From a virus (lineage: Duplodnaviria > Caudoviricetes), in IMG/VR virus record IMGVR_UViG_3300032282_005433, positions 462-64,461 of that record: a stretch of 64,000 nt of DNA, one strand, 5' to 3'. Positions 28,874 through 39,672 of this stretch are shown here, piece after piece; position 1 is the first letter of the stretch, and every line of letters starts with the position of its first letter. Position numbers and translations under genes: made by a program. Under the pieces are notes generated by a model that saw only the letters and a program-made list of their open reading frames with translations, did not search any database and had not been told where the DNA came from.

Positions 28874-31800
28874 ATATACATCAGATAATAGCGGAAACAT
28901 TCTTGTTGAATTTGACTACAATAATATTATTGTTGTTGACCCAAATAAAACAATTGATGCTTTTGGAAAAGTATCTGAAAGATTAATTGACCATGAAAAT
29001 ATGGTCATGTATGCTAACCTTGAAGCGGAAATAGTGCCAAGAACTAAATTGGCTATTGGAGGTAGTCCTGAAGATAGGTTAAGAACATTATCAATCGCCA
29101 AAATAAATTTTTTAAAACCGTCAAAAAATGGATATTTGGATGATGGTTATTATGATGAACTTACAGGTAAAGATACGTTAAATAAAACTGGTCAAAATCA
29201 AACTAAAGAAGAAACAATTTATCCTAAAAATGGTAGTAAACCTTACATTGTAAATACTGTTGTTGACCCACAAAATGTTATTGATAATGGATTACTTGGT
29301 ATTACAAGCATAATTGTAACCACAAATACATCTTTTATACCATCAGTTACAATTGAACTTGAAGATGTACAAGGAAGAGCATTATTCCAACTTGGAAATA
29401 ATTCACCATATTCGGCGTTTTTTAACATGCCGTTTTGTCCCTTTTATTTAACTTTAAAGGGGTATTATGGACAAGCTATAAGATATCAATTAAATCTTGA
29501 AAGATTCAATGCTAGATTTAATTCACTTAGCGGAAACTACGGAGTTACTTTAACTTTTCATGGATTTAAATTCAATGTATTAAATGAGATTTCAGTGGGT
29601 AACTTGGTCGCCACACCAAACATGTATAGTCAAAGATTTGATGTTACAAAATCAGTAACAGATTTGTCGCAAAACAATACAAATGTGGAAGGGCAAGTAA
29701 AACAATCAGGAAACAATAAACAAGCGTCAAATAGTAAAGACGCTATTGTTGAACAACTATTGACTGAAAAAGGATATCAAAAAATTGTTGAAGTTTATAG
29801 CGAATATAAATCAAAAGGATTACTCGCCCCAAATTTTCCAGAACTTACCTTAATTCAATTATCAGCTAAATTAGATAATTTTGAGAAAACAATTGCCGAT
29901 TCATATAAAAAAGCGGATTTGGAACCACTAACAAATATTCGAACATATAAAGAAAATTTAAAAAAATATTTTGATGAAATAAGAACGGCTCAAAATTCTT
30001 GGTTTAACACATTTTTAAATCCAAGACCAATTATTTTAATCGATAAAACTTTAGTTTATACTTTTAGAGAAAATCTTGATACTGCAGCAAAAAGTGGAGC
30101 GGAAACAAAACTAAAAGAAATTGTTGAGAGATATAATGGACTTTTAGCAAATAACCCAACGTTAGGTAATAAATCAAAAACCGAAATTAAAAATAGTATT
30201 AAATATGATATTTTTAAAAAAGATGTTAATTTTAATTTAATAGATTGGAAAGAAACAACAAAAAGACAAACCGGTGTTACAACGGCAACAATTGAAAGTA
30301 TAAAAAAAATAATAGAAACATATAAAGATTTATTTAAATTAACATTCGATATTAAACTTGAGGATATTGGAATTAACAACATTCAAGTTCCAATACCTGA
30401 AAAAATTGTTCCACCTAGTTTTTTTGTATTTGATGGAGAAGAAAGATTTGATAAGACAATTTCAAGAATGGAAGCCGAAGCAAATAAAAAATTGTCAGAA
30501 TACGAAACATTGTTAACTGCGGATTTAGCTAAAAAAATTGAAAGTTCTACAACAGGAATTGGGTTTAAACCAACAGTAAGAAATATAACAGCGGTTATTA
30601 TGGCATCTGCAGAAGCGTTTATAAGATTGATGGACGATGTTCATACTAATGCTTGGAATGTTAAGTATGACCCTATTAGAAAGAGGGCAATTATGGATAA
30701 TCCATCTTCAGCTCCAAGTACTGAAAATAGAGGGAACATTAAAATTTCTGCCAATGCTCAACAAGCAAATCAAGGATTGAGTACTGCTCAAGAACCAGTT
30801 TATCCTTGGCCACAATTTTTTGTGGAAACACCGGAAGATAAAAAAGGAAGATTTCAATTAAAATATATTGCCGACCCATCAATTGTTGACCAAACACAAG
30901 GATGGAATTATCAAGTATGGCCTGAAGTTGAGTTTGTTGAAGAATTTTTGAGAGGACTTATTAAAAGGTCTGATAATCCAACATCACAACCCACAACAGA
31001 TTCTAATACAGTAACAAATTTAATTAATATAAATGCCATTGAATTTCCACAAACAGGAATTGCTTATCAAAATAAAGAAGAAATTAAGTTTTTTTATGAA
31101 ATTTGGGAAAGACAATTATTAACATCTCATTATTCTGGATTAATAAGAGCAAATCAAAACCAAGTTAGTGATTTAATTACTTTAAACATTGAAACAGAAA
31201 CTAATAATATTGTTACTAGTTTAGGTGTTAGTTCACCTTATTTGGCATTAAAGTTAAAAAACTTTAACTATAATTCGAACGATTATCAATCTTTTTTGAA
31301 AGATATATCAAATCAAGGAACGGGAAGAGCGTATCAAGATTTTATAAAAGATTTTTATGTCACCCCATATATTAAAGGTATTACTGAAAATTCATTTAGT
31401 ATTTTAAATGTTACCGATTTAGGTAAAACACCACAAAATAGTCCGCAATCGCCAGCATTAACTCAATTAGTAAAAAACGCATCAAACGAACCTTTAATTG
31501 TTGATACATATCCGTTTACAAATAATGAATGGGTGACTAAAAATATGAATTTGAGTTCTAATAATCAAAATCAATACGTTTATAATACAAATAAAGTTTT
31601 AACTGTTTTTCAAGATAGAAATGTAATTGCCAATTTTAATGATGTATATAACTATACAGTTAATAGACCTGTTACAAATTTTTCATATTTAAATGTTAGT
31701 ATACCTGCAATAACAAATTCTGAAGAATTAAATGCTTTTTATTTTAAAAGAAAACCAAAAGACTTTATTCCTAGTGAAGGGTATTGTTATTTTGTTTCTC

Positions 31801-34800
31801 CAAATAAAAATACGGGAAATCAGATACCAACAATACTTAATACGAGTAAAAAAACAACGTCAATTTTAAACACACCTTATTTTATAAACGCAATTCAAAA
31901 TGGTGTATATAATGTAAGAGGAAAAGATAAATACCCATATATTCAAGCGGCATATCTTTTCTTAAACTCATTACCATTGGCATCTTTGAGAGAAAGATAC
32001 CAATCTTTAAACAGTGAAAATTTGGATTATATCTCATCATGTTTAAAGAAATTTGGAGCAATACATAAGATGCCATATCCGTGGGTTTTAAAATTTGGTT
32101 CTTTATGGTATAGGTATAAAAAATATAAAGAATCTGGCGTTGATATATTGGATGGAATATGGAGTAATTTTAATTATACTGAAAATTATGACCCGATAAC
32201 AAATTCGATAGATAAAGAATATACTTTTACAAATACAGGAGAAGTTAATGAAACAAATATTGTTTTACAAGAAGAAGTTCAAATAGACGAAGGTCGACCA
32301 ACAATAAAATTACAACCAGGATTTTATCCAAAAGTGGTTAATGATTTTAATGTATTTTATAATGGGTATGATTTATATAGTGGATATACGAGCGAAGAGA
32401 TTCAAAAAAGTGTTAATAATGGGTTAAAAATATTTAACTTACAAGGTTCTAACATTAGTGGGATTCAAGGATACAAGGCATTAAATTTAAAAACTTGGTC
32501 TGTTTTATTACCGGATAAAATAGATGATTACTTAAGTGGTTCAGACTGTGCTCCAAAAGACAATACAAAAGAAGAAAAGTATTTTGTTGTCCCTTCTTTC
32601 GGTTCAATGATTAATCAAACAAAATCAGAATGTTTTATTGGAAATACCACAGTTGTGGATTTAACAAACAACCCTTCAATGTATAATGGTTCGGTTAGAT
32701 TATTATGGGGTTCCTCCAACTACGGTTATTTTGATAATGACCAAACGGTTAAACCAGAACCAGATTCTTATTTAAATTTTATTGACCCTAAAACAACGGA
32801 ACAAACCCCAATGTCTTTATTGTCGGTTAACACATATTCAAAAATAGAAGAAATATTTTCTGTTTTTGATAAAAATGTTTTGGATAAATTTGAACAAGAG
32901 TTTTTAAATTTTTGTAAACCAGTTACAGATATAGATTTAGGGTTGATTACATTTGAACCTATTGACGCTTCTCAAATTGATATGAATAGTGGGTTTAAAA
33001 ATTTCCAACTTTTATTTAGACATTTAATGACAATAAATCCTAAAGACAAAGCAACACCAGAACAAACATATTTTGAAGACACTATAAAAAATCAATTAAC
33101 AAATTATGTAAATATTATAAAATCTTTTTTAGAATATGATGTTATTTTGAGATATGGTAATCCATCAAATTATAATAGAAGGGTTTTTGATTCATTCATT
33201 TCATTAAACACAACACCAATAGTAGATAGTCCGATTCAGTTTAATCCGTATGTTATTGGTAGTTTACCTTCAAAATCAGGGCAAACAACTCTTGAAAGTT
33301 CTAAAATAAAATATCCATCTGAATGGTTGGCTTTAGAAACAGAAGTTGGATTTTCAACTATACCTGAATTAGTATATAAAAATACCGGTTCCTTTATCAC
33401 TGATTTTTTTATTGATAATAACATAGAATTTAGTGTTGAAAATATTGTCATATGTAATCAATTAATTAAAATGTATGCAACACAAAAATTAAATAATACC
33501 TCGCTCAATAGCGTAGAATTTAAGGCGGATTTATATCTGTATTTGAGTGATATGACAAATTTGCAATACAATTTTTTTAATACAACTTTAACCAAAGTAA
33601 GAGCAACATTACCAAATTATCAACAATTACCTGAAAAAACAATACAAAGTGCTGTTGATGGAGAAGTGGGTAAAGTTCAAACTTACGAATCATTTAAAGC
33701 AATAAATGATAAATGGATTGCTGGTTCTGATTTTAAAACAAAAACTTTGTTTGAAGATTTTATGTTTTTGGATAGAGCTTCAAGAAATATTGGAGACACA
33801 ATTTTAGTGGATATTTTTAGTTTAAAAAACACACTAAAGGAAAGTTCTTTAAATATGAAAATGAGTGTGTATACACTCATAAGCGGTATTTTGATAAAAA
33901 ATAATTTTGTAATAATGCCATTACCGGCATATGTTAATTTTTATAATGTACAAGATGTAAATGGACTTATACAAGATAACGCTGAAGGGTCATTAGATTT
34001 TGCAAATAATATGTGGGGAACATTTTTAAATGTTGATTATAGAAACTCAAGCCCAAAAATGGTTTGTTTTTACGCTAGTAAACCATCAGGGTTATTAGAT
34101 TTACCAAAGGGTAATTTTAGATTTAGAGATGATTCTTTTGATATGAGAAGAGCATCTGAAAGTCCATTAATAGAAGATTTTAAAAATAAAAAAGATTGGG
34201 CGGTTTCAAATAAATGTGTTGGGTTTAATGTGGATATTGGTATAAGAAGTCAAAATGTATTTTATTCTTTTAATGTTTCACAAGACAACGGAAAAGCAAC
34301 TTCCGAAACTATTCAAACTTATTTAGACTTGGCCAGCAATTTTACAGGAAAAAATGTTGCAACACAAAATGTAAGTTTATATAATTTATATACACAAAGA
34401 AGTTATCAATGTCAAGTTTTTAGTTTTGGTAATGCAATGATACAACCGATGATGTATTTTAATCTTAGACACGTACCAATGTTTAATGGACCATATGTTA
34501 TTACTGAAGTATCTCACACAATAACACCTGGACAATTTCAAACAAAATTTAGTGGAACTAGACAAGGAATATATGATTTACCGTCAATTGACAATTACCT
34601 CCAAAGTATTAATCAAAATCTATTAACAAAAATAGAAGATATGATTAAAACAAAAAAAGAAGAAGCAATTAACGTAACGATTACTAATGAAAGTAAAACA
34701 GCAAATACATCTCAAAAGTCTGACAATACTAAAAGTACAACTAATAGTTGTACCACTAAATTAGTACCGGCTTATGAAAAATATATTGTTGAAAACGAAG

Positions 34801-35660
34801 TGCAGACTAATTTAACTCCGCAACAATTGGTTGATGCTATTAATAGTAGAACTAATAATGAAATATTAAAAACAATAATATATTCGATGTGTTATATTAG
34901 AACTTTCCCATTTCAAGAAAATGGAGAAGTTTTTAAGGCTTATAATTATAATATTGCTAATATAGAATTAATTCAAGATTATGGTGCGACAAGTGATTAT
35001 TTTTCGCCATCATATTTTTGTATGAGTGTTGGAGGACAAAATAATTCTAATCCACAATCACTTCCAATCGCAACTTTTGCAAGTTTAGATTTCTTTATTA
35101 ATTTTATGATTTCTAGATTATCTAATAATGTTAATAGAATATTGCAAATAGGATTACCAAAATATTACTCATGTTATTGGGTTCCAAATGGAGTTAGTGA
35201 AAGTGCGTATGATGTAAAAAATTATACCACAGCAATATCAAGTTTTAAATCGGCATTAAATTCTGCTAAAAGTGTTGGATTAAATAGTTCTAAAAATAAA
35301 GAATTGTTGGAGGGGTCACTTCCATTAACAGCAACAACAGCAAGTACAATAAATAATTTAAATACAACTATATCCGTAACACCTACCTGCCCACCACCAA
35401 CGATTAATTCTTTTTCACCGTCAACAGGAACTACAGGTACTATTATCACTATTAAAGGTGTTGGATTAGAGTTTACGACAGGTGTCACAATTAATGGTAT
35501 TTTAGTGACAACAGGTGTTAGTATTCTTAGTGGTGAAATGATTGTGGTTTCTATACCTAAACCGGCACAAAACGTTTTACAAGAAAATAATATTGTTATT
35601 AGTAGTTCAAAAAACATAGTGGTGACTAGCGCATCTAAACTTGTGTATGTCCCGAAATAA
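28863..35660 (+). CDS. giant baseplate hub protein (gp27/gpD-like) with C-terminal IPT/TIG domain
   Basis: LGITSI.V...F.P.V.I.L.DV.G near the N-terminus; GN.MIQP..YF.L...PMF.G.Y.I..VSH.I..G.F.T...G.R hub end; PTINSFSP..G..GT.ITI.G at the C-terminus. Confidence 0.65.
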   Translation: MAGKYTSDNSGNILVEFDYNNIIVVDPNKTIDAFGKVSERLIDHENMVMYANLEAEIVPRTKLAIGGSPEDRLRTLSIAKINFLKPSKNGYLDDGYYDELTGKDTLNKTGQNQTKEETIYPKNGSKPYIVNTVVDPQNVIDNGLLGITSIIVTTNTSFIPSVTIELEDVQGRALFQLGNNSPYSAFFNMPFCPFYLTLKGYYGQAIRYQLNLERFNARFNSLSGNYGVTLTFHGFKFNVLNEISVGNLVATPNMYSQRFDVTKSVTDLSQNNTNVEGQVKQSGNNKQASNSKDAIVEQLLTEKGYQKIVEVYSEYKSKGLLAPNFPELTLIQLSAKLDNFEKTIADSYKKADLEPLTNIRTYKENLKKYFDEIRTAQNSWFNTFLNPRPIILIDKTLVYTFRENLDTAAKSGAETKLKEIVERYNGLLANNPTLGNKSKTEIKNSIKYDIFKKDVNFNLIDWKETTKRQTGVTTATIESIKKIIETYKDLFKLTFDIKLEDIGINNIQVPIPEKIVPPSFFVFDGEERFDKTISRMEAEANKKLSEYETLLTADLAKKIESSTTGIGFKPTVRNITAVIMASAEAFIRLMDDVHTNAWNVKYDPIRKRAIMDNPSSAPSTENRGNIKISANAQQANQGLSTAQEPVYPWPQFFVETPEDKKGRFQLKYIADPSIVDQTQGWNYQVWPEVEFVEEFLRGLIKRSDNPTSQPTTDSNTVTNLININAIEFPQTGIAYQNKEEIKFFYEIWERQLLTSHYSGLIRANQNQVSDLITLNIETETNNIVTSLGVSSPYLALKLKNFNYNSNDYQSFLKDISNQGTGRAYQDFIKDFYVTPYIKGITENSFSILNVTDLGKTPQNSPQSPALTQLVKNASNEPLIVDTYPFTNNEWVTKNMNLSSNNQNQYVYNTNKVLTVFQDRNVIANFNDVYNYTVNRPVTNFSYLNVSIPAITNSEELNAFYFKRKPKDFIPSEGYCYFVSPNKNTGNQIPTILNTSKKTTSILNTPYFINAIQNGVYNVRGKDKYPYIQAAYLFLNSLPLASLRERYQSLNSENLDYISSCLKKFGAIHKMPYPWVLKFGSLWYRYKKYKESGVDILDGIWSNFNYTENYDPITNSIDKEYTFTNTGEVNETNIVLQEEVQIDEGRPTIKLQPGFYPKVVNDFNVFYNGYDLYSGYTSEEIQKSVNNGLKIFNLQGSNISGIQGYKALNLKTWSVLLPDKIDDYLSGSDCAPKDNTKEEKYFVVPSFGSMINQTKSECFIGNTTVVDLTNNPSMYNGSVRLLWGSSNYGYFDNDQTVKPEPDSYLNFIDPKTTEQTPMSLLSVNTYSKIEEIFSVFDKNVLDKFEQEFLNFCKPVTDIDLGLITFEPIDASQIDMNSGFKNFQLLFRHLMTINPKDKATPEQTYFEDTIKNQLTNYVNIIKSFLEYDVILRYGNPSNYNRRVFDSFISLNTTPIVDSPIQFNPYVIGSLPSKSGQTTLESSKIKYPSEWLALETEVGFSTIPELVYKNTGSFITDFFIDNNIEFSVENIVICNQLIKMYATQKLNNTSLNSVEFKADLYLYLSDMTNLQYNFFNTTLTKVRATLPNYQQLPEKTIQSAVDGEVGKVQTYESFKAINDKWIAGSDFKTKTLFEDFMFLDRASRNIGDTILVDIFSLKNTLKESSLNMKMSVYTLISGILIKNNFVIMPLPAYVNFYNVQDVNGLIQDNAEGSLDFANNMWGTFLNVDYRNSSPKMVCFYASKPSGLLDLPKGNFRFRDDSFDMRRASESPLIEDFKNKKDWAVSNKCVGFNVDIGIRSQNVFYSFNVSQDNGKATSETIQTYLDLASNFTGKNVATQNVSLYNLYTQRSYQCQVFSFGNAMIQPMMYFNLRHVPMFNGPYVITEVSHTITPGQFQTKFSGTRQGIYDLPSIDNYLQSINQNLLTKIEDMIKTKKEEAINVTITNESKTANTSQKSDNTKSTTNSCTTKLVPAYEKYIVENEVQTNLTPQQLVDAINSRTNNEILKTIIYSMCYIRTFPFQENGEVFKAYNYNIANIELIQDYGATSDYFSPSYFCMSVGGQNNSNPQSLPIATFASLDFFINFMISRLSNNVNRILQIGLPKYYSCYWVPNGVSESAYDVKNYTTAISSFKSALNSAKSVGLNSSKNKELLEGSLPLTATTASTINNLNTTISVTPTCPPPTINSFSPSTGTTGTIITIKGVGLEFTTGVTINGILVTTGVSILSGEMIVVSIPKPAQNVLQENNIVISSSKNIVVTSASKLVYVPK

Positions 35661-35678
35661 TTTAATCCATTAACCGTA

Positions 35679-35685
35679 TATTTAT
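35679..35685 (+). promoter_or_regulatory. TATTTAT upstream motif
   Basis: CGTATATTTATAT, 14 nt before ATG 35700. Confidence 0.55.
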
Positions 35686-35699
35686 ATAAAAAGTATTTT

Positions 35700-35924
35700 A
35701 TGAATTTAAAATCAACATTAGACAATTATCTTGGAAAATCTGTTAGATATTCTGAAGAAGATAATGGAAACGGAACAAAAGAAGTTTGTGATTTAGATAC
35801 AGGAGATTGTTATACAGTAAGAGAAAGAGACGGGCTTATTGAAAGGGCTGGTCATCAAGTTACTACAAACAGAAGAGTTAAAGTTGAAACCGCAAAGGGA
35901 ATAAAACAATTATTAAACGGATAA
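35700..35924 (+). CDS. small hypothetical protein
   Basis: 74-aa ORF with its own upstream motif, filling the gap; VCDLDTGDC motif. Confidence 0.65.
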   Translation: MNLKSTLDNYLGKSVRYSEEDNGNGTKEVCDLDTGDCYTVRERDGLIERAGHQVTTNRRVKVETAKGIKQLLNG

Positions 35925-35928
35925 AAAT

Positions 35929-36606
35929 ATGAGCTTAGATAGAAAAATATTAAACGAAATTGAAAGATACAGAAGTATCAATAATTATATTACAGAACAG
36001 AACGCTCCTTTACCACCAGAAGAACCCGGAGCTGATTTAGGTGCGTTGGCACCAGCACCTGGCGAACAAGGGGCAATTGCTCCACCAGCACCTGGAGGAG
36101 TACCATCCGCAGAAACCGCAACACCACCCCAAGTAATTGATGTTGATGCTGATAAGGATGTTGAAAAAATAGATGACGATGGTGAATCAGAAGAAACTGA
36201 AAGTTCAGAATCTGAAGAACTTGATGTTACTGATTTAGTTGACTCACAAAAAAATATTGAAAAAAAGCAAGATGAATATTTTGAAAACCTTTTTAGTCAA
36301 ATTTCTAAAATGGAAGAAAAATTATCTGAGATGGATGCAATAATGAATAAACTTAATACTCTTGAAAATAAAATTGAAAAGTATAGAGAAAAGACTCCAC
36401 AAGAAAAATTGGAACTTAGAACATACGACTCTTACCCCTTCAATCAAAAGTTAACAGATTTTTTTGACGACAAGCAAGATGAAATGCAAAAAACAGGAAA
36501 AAATGATTATGTGTTAACTTCAGACCAAGTAACCGATATTAATAGTAACGATATTAAAAATTCATTCCAACCTAATAGTGGTGAGGATAATAATTATCAA
36601 CAGTAA
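35929..36606 (+). CDS. acidic, Pro-rich, coiled-coil hypothetical protein
   Basis: Pro/Ala/Gly linker, acidic stretch, heptad coiled coil, and PQEKLE.R..DSYPFNQKL.DFF. Confidence 0.7.
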   Translation: MSLDRKILNEIERYRSINNYITEQNAPLPPEEPGADLGALAPAPGEQGAIAPPAPGGVPSAETATPPQVIDVDADKDVEKIDDDGESEETESSESEELDVTDLVDSQKNIEKKQDEYFENLFSQISKMEEKLSEMDAIMNKLNTLENKIEKYREKTPQEKLELRTYDSYPFNQKLTDFFDDKQDEMQKTGKNDYVLTSDQVTDINSNDIKNSFQPNSGEDNNYQQ

Positions 36607-36625
36607 TAAAAATAATTTTTATTTT

Positions 36626-36653
36626 AAAGGGTCACCAAATGGTGACCTTTTTT
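36626..36653 (+). terminator. intrinsic terminator
   Basis: AAAGGGTCACC-AAAT-GGTGACC-TTTTTT. Confidence 0.85.
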
Positions 36654-36654
36654 A

Positions 36655-36687
36655 TTTGACATAAGCTCAATTATTTACTATATTTAT
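36655..36687 (+). promoter_or_regulatory. candidate promoter of the SSB-recombination-replication operon
   Basis: TTGACA(36656)-N17-TATATT(36679); equally TTTG-N20-TATATTTA; includes TATTTAT at 36681. Confidence 0.7.
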
Positions 36688-36718
36688 TTAATAATATAAA
36701 CAATTTAATTTAAAAATT

Positions 36719-37573
36719 ATGAGTAATGCATTAGACGCCGTATTGGCACAGTATGAAAAATCAAAACAATCATCGGGCGGGGCCCAAGGAAAAATGTCTC
36801 AAGACGAAAGAATGAAAAAGTATTTCGCTCTTATTCTTGGAGATAAAGAAAAAACAGGACAAAGAAAAGTTAGGATTCTCCCAACATCCGATGGTTCTTC
36901 TCCATTTAAAGAAGCTTGGTATCATGAGATTCAAGTTGGTGGACAATGGCAAAAGTTCTATGACCCAGGAAAAAATGACAATGAGCGTTCACCTTTGAAT
37001 GAGGTTTACGAAGAACTAATGTCAACTGGAAAAGAATCTGACAAAGAATTGGCAAAACAATATAAATCTCGTAAGTTTTATATTGTTAAAGTTATCGACA
37101 GAGACCATGAAGAAGACGGACCAAAGTTTTGGCGTTTTAAACACAATTATAAAAATGAGGGTATCCTTGATAAGATTATTCCTATTTGGAGAAATAAAGG
37201 AGATATTACCGACGCTGAAAAAGGAAGAGACCTTGTTATTGAATTAACTAAATCAAAGACAGGCAAAGGTAAAGAATATACTAGCGTATCAACAATAATG
37301 TATGATGACTCAACACCTGTTCATGCAGAACCTGCACAAGCTAAAGAGTGGATTAACAACCTTGAAACTTGGACTGATGTGTATTCTAAAAAACCTGTTG
37401 AATATCTTGAAGCAATTGCTCGTGGAGAAACACCACGTTGGGACATGGATAAGGGTGGATATGTATATGAGAATAACACAGAATCAACAGTATCTGTTGG
37501 TGGTGGAAAATCTAAAGATGGTTATGTTGACCCACAGGCTAATGATGAGCCAGATGAGAATTTACCGTTTTAA
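36719..37573 (+). CDS. single-stranded DNA-binding protein (T4 gp32-like)
   Basis: VRILP, PF.E..YH, Y..KVIDR, DITD...GRD..I...K, acidic tail ending DENLPF. Confidence 0.8.
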   Translation: MSNALDAVLAQYEKSKQSSGGAQGKMSQDERMKKYFALILGDKEKTGQRKVRILPTSDGSSPFKEAWYHEIQVGGQWQKFYDPGKNDNERSPLNEVYEELMSTGKESDKELAKQYKSRKFYIVKVIDRDHEEDGPKFWRFKHNYKNEGILDKIIPIWRNKGDITDAEKGRDLVIELTKSKTGKGKEYTSVSTIMYDDSTPVHAEPAQAKEWINNLETWTDVYSKKPVEYLEAIARGETPRWDMDKGGYVYENNTESTVSVGGGKSKDGYVDPQANDEPDENLPF

Positions 37574-37582
37574 TAAAATTAA

Positions 37583-37620
37583 TATCATGTATGGTATCTT
37601 ATATGGTACCATACATGATA
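37583..37620. terminator. 16-bp hairpin between SSB and recombinase genes (terminator, processing or stability element)
   Basis: TATCATGTATGGTATC-TTATAT-GGTACCATACATGATA, one G-U pair. Confidence 0.6.
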
Positions 37621-37663
37621 ATTTTATTTGTAATAAAAATATCTACGATTAAAAAAATATAAA

Positions 37664-38644
37664 ATGGCAATTAAGAAAAAAGAAAGTGGTGGGTTCAAAG
37701 ACAAATTTTCAACCAAAACAAAATATAAAGAAACAAGTTACTACAATTGTGGTGAAGCGTTTTTAAATGCTTGTGGAATACCTGGACCTGTTATGGGTGG
37801 TATTAATATGTTTTTAGGACATAGTAATAGTTCCAAAACAACTGCCATGATATTAGCAGCAGCAGACGCTCAAAAGAAAGGACATCTACCTGTTTTTATT
37901 ATTACAGAAAAGAAATGGTCATGGGAACATGCGGTAGAGTTAGGATTACAAGCTAATAAGAATGATGACGATGAATGGGATGGTGATTTTATTTTTAATG
38001 ACGGATTTGATTATATTGAACAAGTTACTGATTTCATTAATGAAGTTATTGATGCTCAAGAAAAAGGAGATATTAAACAATCTATTTTATTTCTTTGGGA
38101 TTCAGTTGGTTCGATTCCATGTAAAATGACATTTGATGGTAAGGGTGGTAAACAACATAATGCCGCAACACTTGCAGATAAAATAGGTATGGGAGTTCAC
38201 TCAAGAATTTCTAAATCAAAGAAAGAAGATTATGCATATTATAACACTTTAGTTGTGGTTAACCAACCATGGGTAGCTCTTCCAGATAACCCATTTGGAC
38301 AACCAACAATAAAAGCAAAAGGTGGTGAAGCGTTATGGTTGGCATCATCTTTAGTGTTTCTTTTTGGTAATCAAGCAAGTGCAGGTATTAACCATATCAC
38401 AGCAACTAAAGGCGGGAGAACTGTGAGATATGCAATTAGAACTAAGATTTCAATTTTGAAGAACCACGTAAATGGTTTGGGATATAATGACGGTAAATTA
38501 ATTGCAGTACCTCAAGGGTATATTGAAGATACTAAGGAAGCGTTAGAAACTTATAAGAAAGAATATTCTCAATATTGGAATGGAATTCTTTCTGGTACAG
38601 GTGAAATTGTATTAGAAGAGTCGGGTGATGATATTACAGAATAG
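37664..38644 (+). CDS. RecA/UvsX-like recombinase
   Basis: P-loop GHSNSSKTT, ITE, Walker B LFLWDSVGS, VVVNQ, KGG.A, KNH motifs. Confidence 0.85.
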   Translation: MAIKKKESGGFKDKFSTKTKYKETSYYNCGEAFLNACGIPGPVMGGINMFLGHSNSSKTTAMILAAADAQKKGHLPVFIITEKKWSWEHAVELGLQANKNDDDEWDGDFIFNDGFDYIEQVTDFINEVIDAQEKGDIKQSILFLWDSVGSIPCKMTFDGKGGKQHNAATLADKIGMGVHSRISKSKKEDYAYYNTLVVVNQPWVALPDNPFGQPTIKAKGGEALWLASSLVFLFGNQASAGINHITATKGGRTVRYAIRTKISILKNHVNGLGYNDGKLIAVPQGYIEDTKEALETYKKEYSQYWNGILSGTGEIVLEESGDDITE

Positions 38645-38676
38645 AAACAATTTTATTCACGGATTAAATAAATAAA

Positions 38677-39669
38677 GTGACCAAAACACTTTTAGTAGAC
38701 GGTAACAATCTTTTTAAGATAGGGTTTCACGGAGCTAAGGAACTTTTTTACGATGGTAATCATATTGGTGGAGTATATCACTTCATCAATATACTTCGTA
38801 AATTTTTAGAAGAACATAATCATGATAAAGTGATTGTGATGTGGGATGGAGAAACAAACTCAGTTGCCAGAAAATTAATATATCCACAATACAAGGCAAA
38901 TCGTTTTCAAACAAGTAGTGATGAAAGTTATGAATCATATTTAAAACAACGAGAAAGAGTTAAACAATATTTGGAAGAAGTATTTGTTAGACAAATTGAA
39001 GTTGATGATAATGAAGCTGATGATTTAATTGCTTACTATTGTCAGATTGCTAAAGACGAAAAAATAATTATATTTTCTGCGGACAAAGACCTAACACAAT
39101 TAATTTCCGAAAATGTAACAATATATTCTCCGATATCTAAAACATATTTTAAATATGGAGATATGATTACTATAAATAAAGTTAACATACCACACTATAA
39201 TGTTGCTTTATGTAAAATATTTGTTGGGGATAAATCAGACAACATAGATGGAATTCAAGGGTTAGGGGAAAAAACTTTAGTTAAGTTATTTCCAGATATG
39301 CTTGAAAAATCATGCACTATTGACGAAATTTTAAGTTATGCCCAAAAAATCGAGCAAAAAAAACCTATAAAAAGTTTATCAAATATTTTGACTGGTAAAA
39401 CAAAAAGTGGTATACTTGGAGAAGAGTTTTATAAGACAAATAAAAAAATCGTAGATTTGTCTGAATGTTTGATAACTGATGATGCAAAAGAATTAGTTGA
39501 ACAAATGTTAAACGATACGATTGACCCATCCGATAGAGGATATAAAAATTTAATGAGATTTATGATGGAAGATGGACTTTTTAAGTATCTTCCGAAAAAT
39601 GACGAAGCTTGGATAAATTTTCTAAAGCCATTCATGAAATTAATAAGAAAAGAAAAACGAAAAAAATAA
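38677..39669 (+). CDS. 5'-3' exonuclease/flap endonuclease (T4 RNase H / PolI N-terminal family)
   Basis: LLVDGNNL, WDG, R...YP.YKANR, EADDLIA, SADKDL.QL, GDKSDNI.GI.G.GEKT; GTG start. Confidence 0.9.
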   Translation: MTKTLLVDGNNLFKIGFHGAKELFYDGNHIGGVYHFINILRKFLEEHNHDKVIVMWDGETNSVARKLIYPQYKANRFQTSSDESYESYLKQRERVKQYLEEVFVRQIEVDDNEADDLIAYYCQIAKDEKIIIFSADKDLTQLISENVTIYSPISKTYFKYGDMITINKVNIPHYNVALCKIFVGDKSDNIDGIQGLGEKTLVKLFPDMLEKSCTIDEILSYAQKIEQKKPIKSLSNILTGKTKSGILGEEFYKTNKKIVDLSECLITDDAKELVEQMLNDTIDPSDRGYKNLMRFMMEDGLFKYLPKNDEAWINFLKPFMKLIRKEKRKK

Positions 39670-39672
39670 AAA

